From positions 1-64,000 of the IMG/VR virus record IMGVR_UViG_3300009034_000010: a stretch of DNA of 64,000 nt; one strand, written 5' to 3'. Within the stretch, counting starts at the first letter, position 1. Each line of letters begins with the position of its first letter. The translations under genes were made by a program, and so were the position numbers. Positions 1 through 9,952 of the stretch are shown here, piece by piece. This DNA is from a virus. The notes beneath the pieces were generated by a model. It saw only the letters and a list, made by a program, of their open reading frames with translations, was not told where the DNA came from and did no database searches.

Positions 1-107
1 TTAAAACCGGTTTTAACGTCTTTTAATCCTTTTACGACACCATCTAATTGAGCTTTTGTATCACTTAAATCTAACGAAAACCCAATCCTGGCTTTTTCTT
101 CAGCCAT
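1..107 (-). CDS. Tape measure protein, 5' end (runs off the window)
   Basis: ATG at 107 reads MAEEKARIGFSLDLSDTKAQLDGVVKGLKDVKTG, a typical TMP N-terminus. It directly follows the frameshifting chaperone pair. Confidence 0.75.
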   Translation of the reverse strand, partial: MAEEKARIGFSLDLSDTKAQLDGVVKGLKDVKTGF

Positions 108-119
108 AATCTATACCTA

Positions 120-485
120 TTAATCACTCATCATTTGTTCCTGTGTCACTATATCAGCGTTATAAACTGTAGCTCCATCAGGTATTATCTCTTGTAACCA
201 TTTGGAAATCTTCGGCTTCCCAACCGTATTGTACGTTTTACCACTTGAATACTTTTTACCATCAGATATAGATCCTTCTACATCCTTATCTACGTCCTTA
301 TGCAGATCCTTATATGTATCATACAATTGATATACTTGACGTGGAGTTTGTTCCTGCCACATCGAATACGGGTTCATATGCCATAAAAATGCGAGCCTTC
401 TAACCAACTCTTCAAGAGTTAGGAATTCGTTTTCGTCTTCTTCACAAGGGCTTTCACTCTCGTTAGAAGGCTCTGATAGTTTTTT
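120..485 (-). CDS. Tail assembly chaperone C-terminal extension (gpT-like), reached by -1 frameshift
   Basis: The frame is open from the slippery site A AAA AAC (485-479) through KLSEPSNESESPCEEDENEFLTLEELVRRLAFLWH. It lies between the chaperone and the TMP. Confidence 0.8.
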   Translation of the reverse strand, partial: KKLSEPSNESESPCEEDENEFLTLEELVRRLAFLWHMNPYSMWQEQTPRQVYQLYDTYKDLHKDVDKDVEGSISDGKKYSSGKTYNTVGKPKISKWLQEIIPDGATVYNADIVTQEQMMSD

Positions 486-925
486 AACGTTTGTGGTAAC
501 TCATTTAAATCTATTATTTTCCCTAATACAATAGGCTCTTGCCTTACTGTGATGTTATTCCTTATGTACAACTCATTATCTTCTGTAGTATCTTTTTCAC
601 AAAGACTCAAACAAATAACATCTAAACCTATTTGTAACGCCTCCACAAGACAAAGAGTTAATCCTCCCCACAAACTTTCATTTTGAAGTGCATATTCTAT
701 CAATTTTCCAATCTGAGCGTCCTCTTCTCCGCCTTCTTTTACTATATCAATATTCAATTCGTCTAAAATTGGCATAATGGAAGACATTATATCGGCGAAA
801 GTAAAAGAACCAATTATCTTCAGTAAAGTATCTTTTCTATGACACGTTAATTCAGTAAATTCAAACTCCTTTTTACCAAGAAAAAACTTAAAACTTTTAG
901 GCAACATAGATTCTTCATTCTTCAT
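419..925 (-). CDS. Tail assembly chaperone (gpG-like)
   Basis: Lies between tail tube and TMP, with a slippery heptamer near the 3' end. Confidence 0.8.
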   Translation of the reverse strand: MKNEESMLPKSFKFFLGKKEFEFTELTCHRKDTLLKIIGSFTFADIMSSIMPILDELNIDIVKEGGEEDAQIGKLIEYALQNESLWGGLTLCLVEALQIGLDVICLSLCEKDTTEDNELYIRNNITVRQEPIVLGKIIDLNELPQTLKNYQSLLTRVKALVKKTKTNS

Positions 926-954
926 AAAAATTTCTCCAAAAAAAATAAAAATAG

Positions 955-981
955 AATAGGGGGAGAATTTCTCCCCCTATT
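955..981 (-). terminator. Intrinsic terminator after the tail tube gene
   Basis: AATAGGGGGAGA-ATT-TCTCCCCCTATT hairpin followed by a T-rich run on the minus strand. Confidence 0.75.
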
Positions 982-991
982 AAAACACCGA

Positions 992-1540
992 TTACACAGA
1001 TTTCGGCGGAACATACAGATACCCCAACGGAGCATCAGCACTTCCGCCATAAGCACCCTCACGGTCATCCAACGCTTGAAATTCAACCGGAGATGAGATA
1101 GCCTCGTCCCCACCACCAAGCTGTAATAAACCACTGGTGTTGGCTTTCCAAAACACTACAGTGATTATTTGACCATCAGAAACTCTCACCCTTCTAGCTC
1201 TGAATTTTACAAAAAGAGACTGAGCTAAAGCCCCGACATAAATGTAAGAACTTGCATCAGAAGGATCTTGTCCAAGAATTAAGCGGATATTTTGAGAATA
1301 AATCTCTTCCAATACCGCAGTAAATTTCATATCAACTCTGATCGGAATCCTTAAGTCAATAGTACGTGGGAATGACGTTCCTACATGATCGAAATTCTCT
1401 TTAGATATCTCCAGTGCTCCTTCTGGTGCGTTTCCCACTAACAACCAGTTATCGCTTCCGATAGGATATTCGACTGAAACTTCAGACCAATCCCCTACCA
1501 TAATACTGTTTTTATCTACACTACCCTCAGTTAAAGCCAT
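992..1540 (-). CDS. Major tail (tube) protein
   Basis: 182 aa, beta-rich, with an 'SPVEFQALDD' C-terminal strand. Lies upstream of the chaperones/TMP and is followed by a terminator. Confidence 0.8.
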   Translation of the reverse strand: MALTEGSVDKNSIMVGDWSEVSVEYPIGSDNWLLVGNAPEGALEISKENFDHVGTSFPRTIDLRIPIRVDMKFTAVLEEIYSQNIRLILGQDPSDASSYIYVGALAQSLFVKFRARRVRVSDGQIITVVFWKANTSGLLQLGGGDEAISSPVEFQALDDREGAYGGSADAPLGYLYVPPKSV

Positions 1541-1553
1541 TTTTCATGTCTCC

Positions 1554-3113
1554 TTATCTGTTAACATAAATGTTGTTAATAAGAGACTCTACACATGAAT
1601 ATGTAGCAGATATACTATATTCCTCTCTCAATATCTTACTACCTTCCTCTGCTTCTTTCAGTAACGCTTTATGATTATCTTTAGCATACTGAAGCTTTTC
1701 GCAAAGTTCTTTGAAGTCTGGTTCGTACCATTCTCCTTCTGCGTAAATCCCTTCTGCCTTTACCAATTCATTCTTTTCAACTCTCACAAAACCAGGCCGA
1801 TGATTATATTCTTTAAAACCAGAATGATTTGGAACTATGCATGGGGTTCCACACATAACACTCTGTATAGGAATCAAGCCAAGCCCTTCAGCTCTACTCG
1901 GAGTGACCGTCAAGTCACTTTGTTGAATCATCTCAACTAACTCAGAAGTAGACATAACATTACGAGTTATCAAGTATTTAGAATTATTCCCGTATTCTTT
2001 CATGATTTCTCTACTCATGTCCCCCAATGATTCAGACCAAGGCTTAGTATGAATCCTGATCCTAACTTTAGGATCATTGCCAAAAACTTCATCCATTGCT
2101 CTAACAAAAAGGTCAATTCCTTTCCGAGGAATACATGTTCCTAAGAAAAGAATATCAAAGTAATTTTCTTCTCCCTCCGCTTTCTCCCATCGCTGGTAAT
2201 TAAATACCGGATCGATAGGTTGCTTATATACAAATATCGAAGCTTTAACTCCACTATTTATATACACTTCTTTTACATATTCCGATGGAACAAACAAACC
2301 GTCTGCTGTGTTTGATACATTTACCCATGCGATATTAATCTTCGAAGCTTCCCAATATGTAAACAACAATATCCTTTTCGAATTACAAGCAGCTCTCATA
2401 TGAACAGGTAAAGTATTCACAATAGCAATATCGCATTCACCTGTTGCTTTTTTATCTTCAGGTATTCCTTTTACAAAATTCACGCTTTGTTCATCTGAGT
2501 TAATTAAACGAGGTTTAACTTTAATACCCCTTTTTAACATCTCATTAACAAGATGACAACTTACTGAACCTATTCCATCAGAGTACATAAACTGTGATAT
2601 AAATTCTATCGATTTATATGGCCTCTCCAGTTTACTGAACGGTCTCAATAACAATTTTGAAAATTGAAATAATTCTCTATTGTCATGTAAATTAAATCTA
2701 GGAACTTCAACAGGTTTTCCTTCGTACATTATGATATTAGTCTTAAAGTCTTTAACCATAAAATTTAACTTTATGAAACCAAGCTCTCTCCCATTATGAG
2801 AAACAGTAATTGTATATCGACCATAAGACCTTAACCATAAATTGTTTATTGTAAAAAATCCAGTATAATGGTCATCCCTCGTGGTACAACCAATTTCATT
2901 TGTTATAAACTTCTTTAATTCAACTCCCTCCGGCGAACGTACTACAATTTGTAATTTAGCCATACCTATAAAATCAGTAACTGAAAAGAATACTTTGAAG
3001 GTATATTTTTCTCCCAAGTATCCCCTAAGTGTATTAAACTGTCCCACAATAGTGTGGGTGCCTAATAATTCTTTCCTAACATCTTCACAAAAAATCAAAC
3101 TATTTAATTTCAT
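1554..3113 (-). CDS. Glycosyltransferase (GT4-like, GT-B) with an extra ~120-aa N-terminal beta domain
   Basis: Motifs FTYWE, VPSEY, PRKGID, PSRAEGLGLIPIQSVMCGTPCI. Confidence 0.85.
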   Translation of the reverse strand: MKLNSLIFCEDVRKELLGTHTIVGQFNTLRGYLGEKYTFKVFFSVTDFIGMAKLQIVVRSPEGVELKKFITNEIGCTTRDDHYTGFFTINNLWLRSYGRYTITVSHNGRELGFIKLNFMVKDFKTNIIMYEGKPVEVPRFNLHDNRELFQFSKLLLRPFSKLERPYKSIEFISQFMYSDGIGSVSCHLVNEMLKRGIKVKPRLINSDEQSVNFVKGIPEDKKATGECDIAIVNTLPVHMRAACNSKRILLFTYWEASKINIAWVNVSNTADGLFVPSEYVKEVYINSGVKASIFVYKQPIDPVFNYQRWEKAEGEENYFDILFLGTCIPRKGIDLFVRAMDEVFGNDPKVRIRIHTKPWSESLGDMSREIMKEYGNNSKYLITRNVMSTSELVEMIQQSDLTVTPSRAEGLGLIPIQSVMCGTPCIVPNHSGFKEYNHRPGFVRVEKNELVKAEGIYAEGEWYEPDFKELCEKLQYAKDNHKALLKEAEEGSKILREEYSISATYSCVESLINNIYVNR

Positions 3114-3122
3114 AAAAACACC

Positions 3123-3611
3123 TTAAATAACTCGCCCACTAACAGTATCAGTAAGCAGCATTACCCTTAAAAAAACTGATGACCTTCTTAAATTATCTTT
3201 TAAGTCACCTTCCTTAAGATTATCAAGAACAACTCGATCAACAGTAAAACGGCCATCACCATTCTTAACAATCAATTTCTCATTCGATATCAACACTGGA
3301 GTATCAGACTCAAAATCATATAAAGGAGTAACAACATTGGTAAGCTTATCCCTCAGTCTATCGAGAGCCACTGTTTCATCGTTTGAATATTCCTCACCCA
3401 CAATCCTTGATACAACATCAATTTCCATAGGAGAGTAAGTCTTCGCTCCAGCTCCTATTTCCTCGAAAGCCATAGTCAACCATATGTTATGGGTGGAAGT
3501 CTTAAATCTTAAATTCCCATAACTCACAGCATACCCATACGGAGTAGCTACATTCTCAGCGATATATTTATAAAATGAGCGTTCAATATTGCCATGTTTA
3601 ACTAAGCTCAT
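3123..3611 (-). CDS. Tail terminator/completion-like protein
   Basis: Size and position upstream of the tail tube; paralog of 3608-4180. Confidence 0.55.
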   Translation of the reverse strand: MSLVKHGNIERSFYKYIAENVATPYGYAVSYGNLRFKTSTHNIWLTMAFEEIGAGAKTYSPMEIDVVSRIVGEEYSNDETVALDRLRDKLTNVVTPLYDFESDTPVLISNEKLIVKNGDGRFTVDRVVLDNLKEGDLKDNLRRSSVFLRVMLLTDTVSGRVI

Positions 3612-4180
3612 ACTGTTCTACTCCTGGCATAATTCTTTAAAAGTTTCATCCTAACAGTTAACTGGGCAGCCTGTAATAAAGATGATATCCCATCAAACTT
3701 CAATTCTTCCACTCTCTCGTATACCTGTCTCGATAAACGCCTTTTCTTTCCTTCACGCATTATAACAATCTTACCATCTTGTATTCTCTGAGGATACTCA
3801 GGGTATGTAAAATCATATAAATCAATATCAGAATTAGTAAATAACTCTCGCAAATCATCAATTATAAATAAGAGTTGTGTGTTATACTTATCAGTAGATG
3901 CTATTTTCGTTATAACGTCTATATACGCTATTGAAAATTTTCCAGTTTCTACATTCAATTCTGAAAAATTACAATATAACCAGATCTCATGAATATTAAT
4001 ATTTATATTAACGTTCCCATAATAAACAGGATAACCGTAAGAATCTGCGTAATTTTCTTTTATGAATTTATAGACCGATCTTTCGAAATCTCCAATTCTC
4101 GTAAAAGGACTAAGATATTTCCGCCCGTACCCTTTTGTTACTATCAGCGAAGAAGACCCCAACCCTCTTGTTACTATCAT
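3608..4180 (-). CDS. Tail terminator-like paralog with an N-terminal IVTRG/IVTKG duplicated motif
   Basis: GDFERSVYKFIKENYADSYGYPVYYG aligns with GNIERSFYKYIAENVATPYGYAVSYG of the neighbouring gene. Confidence 0.5.
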   Translation of the reverse strand: MIVTRGLGSSSLIVTKGYGRKYLSPFTRIGDFERSVYKFIKENYADSYGYPVYYGNVNININIHEIWLYCNFSELNVETGKFSIAYIDVITKIASTDKYNTQLLFIIDDLRELFTNSDIDLYDFTYPEYPQRIQDGKIVIMREGKKRRLSRQVYERVEELKFDGISSLLQAAQLTVRMKLLKNYARSRTV

Positions 4181-6947
4181 CTAGGAATTCTCCCAATATA
4201 TGATGGTAATGTCCTTATCGTATTAGGTAAATCCATTATTGAGAGTAGTTTACCGTCCTTACGATATAAAGTCAAAGTATTATCATCTGGGTTTAATGTC
4301 CATTCTCCTAATGCTTCATCGTGCAAATCTTGAAGTAAAGGTCTGGTAACATTACAATTAGGTCCACTATCATCAACAAAGTTATCACAATTTCCTCTAA
4401 CAACTATCGTACCCAATACACAAGTTAAAGCTATTAAAGCTTGTCCAGAAGTAAAATCTAAAGATACAGGCTCAATACCTGTTTTATTTATAAGCTTTAA
4501 TCCACCTAACATTCCCCGTACCTGCAATTCTTGCCCAGAACCCCCCATATCCACAATCGGAGTAAGTAATCCTCCAACACCACTGGTTGACTCACTAATT
4601 ATAGTTTCTTGTCCACCTCCTAAAGTCAAAGGACCCATGATAAGAACTTTATGCATATGACCTCTTACTCCTGTAAGCTCCATCATATGACAATGATCTA
4701 CATGAATAAATCCGTTTAACTCACCATACATTTCAATATCTAAAAAAGACGTTTTTTCGGTTAAACCTCCTGACATTTCTATTCTAGCTACATGAGGAGA
4801 TTCGCCTCTAATTGTAAAATTCGATATATCGTCATTTGCATCTAATACAAGCGTACCCCGAACTGAAATAATGCTTAACCCATTAGTGTCTGCTATAATC
4901 TTTGCGTCCGCAAAATTATTCACACGATATAAAGGTGTCCCCATTGGAAATACTGTTCCGGAAGATCCATTCTCCACATCTAAATGTACTGCACCCTCGA
5001 ACGAAATCAACTTACGTTCCATCAACCCTATAGGTACAACACTAACAAAAGACACTCCCGCAGCTATAATAGTTATCTCTAAATGATAAACACCTTCATT
5101 TGGTAGCCCAGAAGGAGACTGACTGAAAACAAAATGTCCGTCATCGTGAATAGTAGTTGTACCCGTATATTGAAGTGAATCATTCTGATCAAATAATCTT
5201 ACAGTACAAGATGTAGGACTCGTTATTAACTCCCCACCCTGCTGAAGCCATGCCATAATAGAAAGTTCGTCACCCTCAGTAAGAAGTCCAGCAGTACCAA
5301 TACATTGATTCAAGAATGCAGATGCTTGCAAATAAATTGTAAGCTCATCCTCATTCTCTATAAAAACTGTTTGTTCTTTCCTATAAAAGAAATCCTTCTC
5401 AATTATTAAATCAACGTTTCCGTAATCCCAAGAATACGAAAAAGGGCTACTTACCTCTATAGCTGAACTTCCATCTCCTGGGTCAAAGACGAAAAAGTAA
5501 ATATGATCTCCTGTTATAACATCTTTAACATTAACAATCTTAGCGTACTTTTTAACTGTCACTGTAAGAGAATCTTCATTCGTAGCACCTAAATTATCTT
5601 CAACTTGTAACCTAACTGTAATAACACCAGTATTGATAAATTGATACTGAAAAGCCTGAACAGCCTCTAATAAAGTGGCATAGCCACCTTGTGGAATATT
5701 TGTCCAAATATCCACTTCTCCGTCAATTTTATACCGAGCAAAATCAACTGTACCGTCTGGATCTGAAAAAGCACAGTCACTGAAAGGTGAAAGAAATAAA
5801 TTATCGAAAACCTCTTTATTAGATCCAGCGTCTACAGAAGGATTTTCATTCACTGCATAGGTTATTTGTATCTCATCAATTTCTTCGTCCTGAACTCCGT
5901 TACTTATTAAGAAAGTCTTAGTAACTATTGAATTAGAAACAGCAGAAAAAGATGAAAAATTTGCATTTATTACAGCAGCCGTATTATAGTCCAAAACACC
6001 GGCCACCGCCCATGTACTCCCATTCCAATAATACCACGTTGCTCCTCCGTCATCACTTAGTTGAAACCCTTTAGAACCTTCTGTAATCCCATCTGTTACT
6101 AAAAAATTAGTGTATGATGATATTGTAGCTGATGAGGAACGGTCTTATAAATAGTTGGTTTATCAGAAAATCTAATAAAATTCTCTCGTCCGTTATTAGA
6201 GTTGTATCTATAGGATACTTCAGGAGCGGTTACTACTCGATCGTATATTACAGCTTCATCTAAAGTTCCTAGAAAAAATAAGTCTACATTATTCCTTGAA
6301 CCAATATAGCAATTTTCTGGAACTAATATTGTATTCCCTCCTAAAGTATCTGCCGCAACAGTAAGAGCCTCATCCACATTATCAACATAAATTTTTACTC
6401 CTGATGCAAAGCCTGACCCATTGTATGTAACAACTACATGATGAAACGAACCATCATGAAAAGAATTTATAGTATTTACAGCAAGTATCCTAGAAGGTGT
6501 TTGACTATTACGTAAATAAAATCTAATTAGACCAGTTTGCGCATATACTAACCAGCCTCTGGGAACACCAACAGTTCTATTCCTACCAATGATTGAATAA
6601 TTACCTGTAGTGTTAAAAAGAATCCAAAATTCAACACTAAAAGGTTGAGTATACTCAAAACTCGCTATATTACCTAAATTAACAGTTTCATTTACACCAT
6701 CAAATATAAGCCCGTTACCTAATTTACCTGATACCCAATCACCATCCTCCATATTAAGAAGAGTACCACTCCTACCATTTCCAGAATCATCAGGCGCAAT
6801 AATACCAGCAGATTCATTCAAGTGATACCTGGCATATACGTTAATTAAGTCCTCTTTCAATCCAGCTACACCACCAGATACTAATATCTTATTCGAGTCA
6901 TAAGTATAATTACCTGGTGTTGTGAAAGGTGTAGTAAATACGGCCAT
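4177..6947 (-). CDS. Large virion appendage protein: LamG/concanavalin-like domain + PKD/Ig-like domains + beta-helix-like region (split by an indel at ~6140)
   Basis: LamG motifs (FSVEFW, FHHVVVTY, GTLDEAVIYDR) and a PKD-like LQVEDNLGAT motif. The downstream frame is open back to ~6140 (SSSATISSYTNF...GGATWYYWNGSTW), which joins the two ORFs. Confidence 0.7.
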
Positions 6948-6948
6948 A

Positions 6949-7506
6949 CTATTTTCCTAATATTATCCGATTAATCTCTTTCTGTATTGTAATCGATAAT
7001 TTTCCTATATGAACTTTTGATTTACTCTGTGCTCTATCCGTAAACTTATTCGCTTTAAACCCTGGATGATCTACTGATTTAGAATATGCTAAATCCCAAC
7101 CACTACCACTTCTCACATAAAATTTCAACACACTTCCTAGTCTAGCTGAAATAGTATGTCTTGGCGAACCGGCTTCCAGCAAATCAATTAAATTATTCAA
7201 ATTTTTAGACGTTACAAAAGCAAAACCGTCTAACTTAAGTCCTCTTATTTCTAATTTCCATTTCCATGCATCTCTTAAATGAGTTTTATTAGTATGGAAT
7301 TGAGAATTCTCATGAAAATCAGGTCTTGTTTCATCCCCTACCGGAGTTTCTTTCTCAATAGTATCTAATATTTTCTTCCCAACGTCATCAAAAGCTTTTT
7401 GTAAATTAGGAGAGATACCTTTAGAAAAAGTTATCATAGTTTGAACTTTAGTAATATTCTTTATAACTCTATCTAAATCTTTTGTGTCTACATTAACATG
7501 ACTCAT
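6949..7506 (-). CDS. HK97-gp10-like neck/tail completion protein
   Basis: Motifs ETPVG...HLRDAW and EAGSPRHTI...VDHPGFKANKF. Confidence 0.7.
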   Translation of the reverse strand: MSHVNVDTKDLDRVIKNITKVQTMITFSKGISPNLQKAFDDVGKKILDTIEKETPVGDETRPDFHENSQFHTNKTHLRDAWKWKLEIRGLKLDGFAFVTSKNLNNLIDLLEAGSPRHTISARLGSVLKFYVRSGSGWDLAYSKSVDHPGFKANKFTDRAQSKSKVHIGKLSITIQKEINRIILGK

Positions 7507-8123
7507 TCTTTTCTTAGTGCTTTTCCGTATACAACCATCATATTATATATTGTATTATGCTTACTTTTATACACAGCATATTCTTGACCGTCGAGAATTA
7601 TTCTATCATCGTTACCTACTTCAATATCAAAGAAAACAAATTTTTTATCAAACATATTCAATTCATTATTAAATTGCAGAATTTCTTTCTCAGTAAGTTT
7701 GTAATACGCAACCGGCCTATCTACAAGAGCTTCCGCTCCAACAGTAACGACTTGAATTATCGTAGGACTTACCCTTTTCGCATAAGAGATACCATCCACA
7801 TGAAATGTACAATCCAAAGTAAAACCATCTACAACAAAATCTGCTGACGAAACAATAATACTTGTAGCAGTATACCCGGTAATTACATAATTATTATCCA
7901 AAACCCCTTCAACAAGATTAACCTCTCTCCCAACCAAATCTTCATTTATTGCAAGACTTGAATGAGTAATCGTTGTTGCTGAAAGTATCTCAGGATTCGG
8001 GTACTCTGTATATCGCAATATTGTTGCAACTGGATTTCCTAAAGCTGATCTCTGAGTATCCCAAAGATCTTCAGCCGTACTTCTCATTGTAGCGAAATCT
8101 GTATCTGATAAAAGAATACTCAT
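7503..8123 (-). CDS. Head-closure (stopper)-like protein
   Basis: Follows the adaptor; C-terminal DRIILDGQEYAV motif. Confidence 0.55.
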   Translation of the reverse strand: MSILLSDTDFATMRSTAEDLWDTQRSALGNPVATILRYTEYPNPEILSATTITHSSLAINEDLVGREVNLVEGVLDNNYVITGYTATSIIVSSADFVVDGFTLDCTFHVDGISYAKRVSPTIIQVVTVGAEALVDRPVAYYKLTEKEILQFNNELNMFDKKFVFFDIEVGNDDRIILDGQEYAVYKSKHNTIYNMMVVYGKALRKE

Positions 8124-8126
8124 ATT

Positions 8127-8843
8127 TTACCCATGTGTAACAAAAGCAGTAACACCAAATTTATTTTTCAATCTCTCATTAGTATCCATCAGTTGTTTTT
8201 CTATACTCTTATTACTCGCAAACATTATAAATCCAAGATCAGGCACATTCATTTGTAAAGGCCGTTTGCTACGCTCGCTTAATAACCCTGAACCAGCTAC
8301 CATAAACGTAAAGTCTACGATATCTTGATAGTCATTTTCACGAAGATCAGCAAGAGTTCTTATAATAGAATACGTAAAGTAAATAGTCACAGTACCTGTT
8401 GGAGTGGGAATAAGAGCTACATTATTATCGTCAAGTTTTTCATGATCATACCTTTGCGATGCCTGAATCAATGACAAAGCCTGCTCATCCGTAACTCTAA
8501 GAGCTTCATGCTTTAATGTATTAATACCACTCAATGCAGCAGTATCAAGATATTGATTATATATAGTATTGTACTGATAAGTTAAATCCAGACCATCACT
8601 TGGACCATAAAATACATCTGTAATTCCTATCAAATAAGCGTAACTTGACCCAAGATCGTATATCTGTTGATTAGCTTCAGTCTCAAAAGAACCAATCTTC
8701 CTTAAAGGACGAAATTGGCTATACTGTATCAGACCTCTCCGTAAAGCGTCTTCTCTATCTGCTGTTGAATATTCAGTTTCAGAAGGTGAACCTAATGCTT
8801 TAAATACTGCATTAAGAACGTCTGATTCTGTAAAAGTGGGCAT
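8127..8843 (-). CDS. Head-tail adaptor/neck protein
   Basis: Motifs ANQQIYDL and LIPTPTGTVTIYFTY; downstream of the capsid gene. Likely start MPTFTE at 8843. Confidence 0.6.
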   Translation of the reverse strand: MPTFTESDVLNAVFKALGSPSETEYSTADREDALRRGLIQYSQFRPLRKIGSFETEANQQIYDLGSSYAYLIGITDVFYGPSDGLDLTYQYNTIYNQYLDTAALSGINTLKHEALRVTDEQALSLIQASQRYDHEKLDDNNVALIPTPTGTVTIYFTYSIIRTLADLRENDYQDIVDFTFMVAGSGLLSERSKRPLQMNVPDLGFIMFASNKSIEKQLMDTNERLKNKFGVTAFVTHG

Positions 8844-8844
8844 A

Positions 8845-9816
8845 TTATAACCCCTCCACCCATTTAGTAAATTCAGCAATCAATCTTTCATGACTGACAT
8901 TTTGTAAGCAGGAAAATTGTTTATTGCAGTCCTCCGCTAATTCTCCGCAGCCATTTTTCTTACTTCTACACTTAAAATCTTGTTTAATGTCGTAAAAAAC
9001 CGATTTATCGTTTGGATGACGAGCTATAACCTTTTTTCCTGATGTAGGACCGACTATAACGAAAGCCGGTGTATTCGTCACGTGAGAAATCCATAAAGGA
9101 CCACTATCGAAACATAAGATTCCTTTTAACCTTTTGAAAATATTTAAAAGCCCTAACACATCCGTTGGGATACGAACATGGTTTTTATACATATAAACTG
9201 AAGCAATATCATCGATAATATAAAATTTTATACCACACTCATTCAACTTTTCCATTAAAGGATGTAATCTAACTGACTTATATTTCTCTTTACTCCCACT
9301 AATTTGAATCCCAACGATAGCTCCTTGTAAATCAACGTTAATATTAGGATACTCTATATTCCAATTATTCCCGATATTTTTGATATTCAGAAATCTATTA
9401 TAAATGTCAACTCGATTTACTTTAAATAAATTTTTATCCAGATGATCTTTCTCTAAAATACCGTCTAAATTTAATATTAAATCAAAACCTTCATATTTAG
9501 AAGGTGCTTTTCCTGAAATACAGTCTAAGCCTCTTATAGCATACCGAGTATTTGTATTAATATGTACATCCTTTCCTAAACTCTTCAAATAATTCATTAA
9601 TGGAAAGGTCATAAGAACGTCCCCTAACGCATGGCCTCGTCTCAGAAGAACCGATTGATATTTACTAAAATCAAGCTTTTTTATCTTCTTAAACGCTTTC
9701 AAGCTCTTAATGCTTGGGAACATATAATCTGTAACAACCTCATTCGGATATAAAGAGCGGTACTCTAAAAATCTATCCTGAACAGCTTGAGGCTGCCTTG
9801 AAATATTTAAAAATAT
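8845..9816 (-). CDS. Glycosyltransferase family 9-like (heptosyltransferase-like); probable start upstream of the annotated ATG 9723
   Basis: Motifs HALGDVLMTFP and CFDSGPLWISH...VGPT, plus a Cys-rich C-terminus. The frame is open upstream with a conserved module. Confidence 0.8.
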   Translation of the reverse strand: MFLNISRQPQAVQDRFLEYRSLYPNEVVTDYMFPSIKSLKAFKKIKKLDFSKYQSVLLRRGHALGDVLMTFPLMNYLKSLGKDVHINTNTRYAIRGLDCISGKAPSKYEGFDLILNLDGILEKDHLDKNLFKVNRVDIYNRFLNIKNIGNNWNIEYPNINVDLQGAIVGIQISGSKEKYKSVRLHPLMEKLNECGIKFYIIDDIASVYMYKNHVRIPTDVLGLLNIFKRLKGILCFDSGPLWISHVTNTPAFVIVGPTSGKKVIARHPNDKSVFYDIKQDFKCRSKKNGCGELAEDCNKQFSCLQNVSHERLIAEFTKWVEGL

Positions 9817-9849
9817 GTTAAAACTTTCTAGGCTTACGCCTGTAATAAA

Positions 9850-9884
9850 AAAGGGAGTAGGGATTCAATTACCCTACTCCCTTT
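9850..9884 (-). terminator. Intrinsic terminator after the major capsid gene
   Basis: 13-bp stem AAAGGGAGTAGGG/CCCTACTCCCTTT followed by a T-tract on the minus strand. Confidence 0.8.
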
Positions 9885-9952
9885 GAAAGACCCATTCATT
9901 TGAGCATGTTATTAACAGAGGCTAGATGGGGAAGCTCCAACTGAGCATTTTC

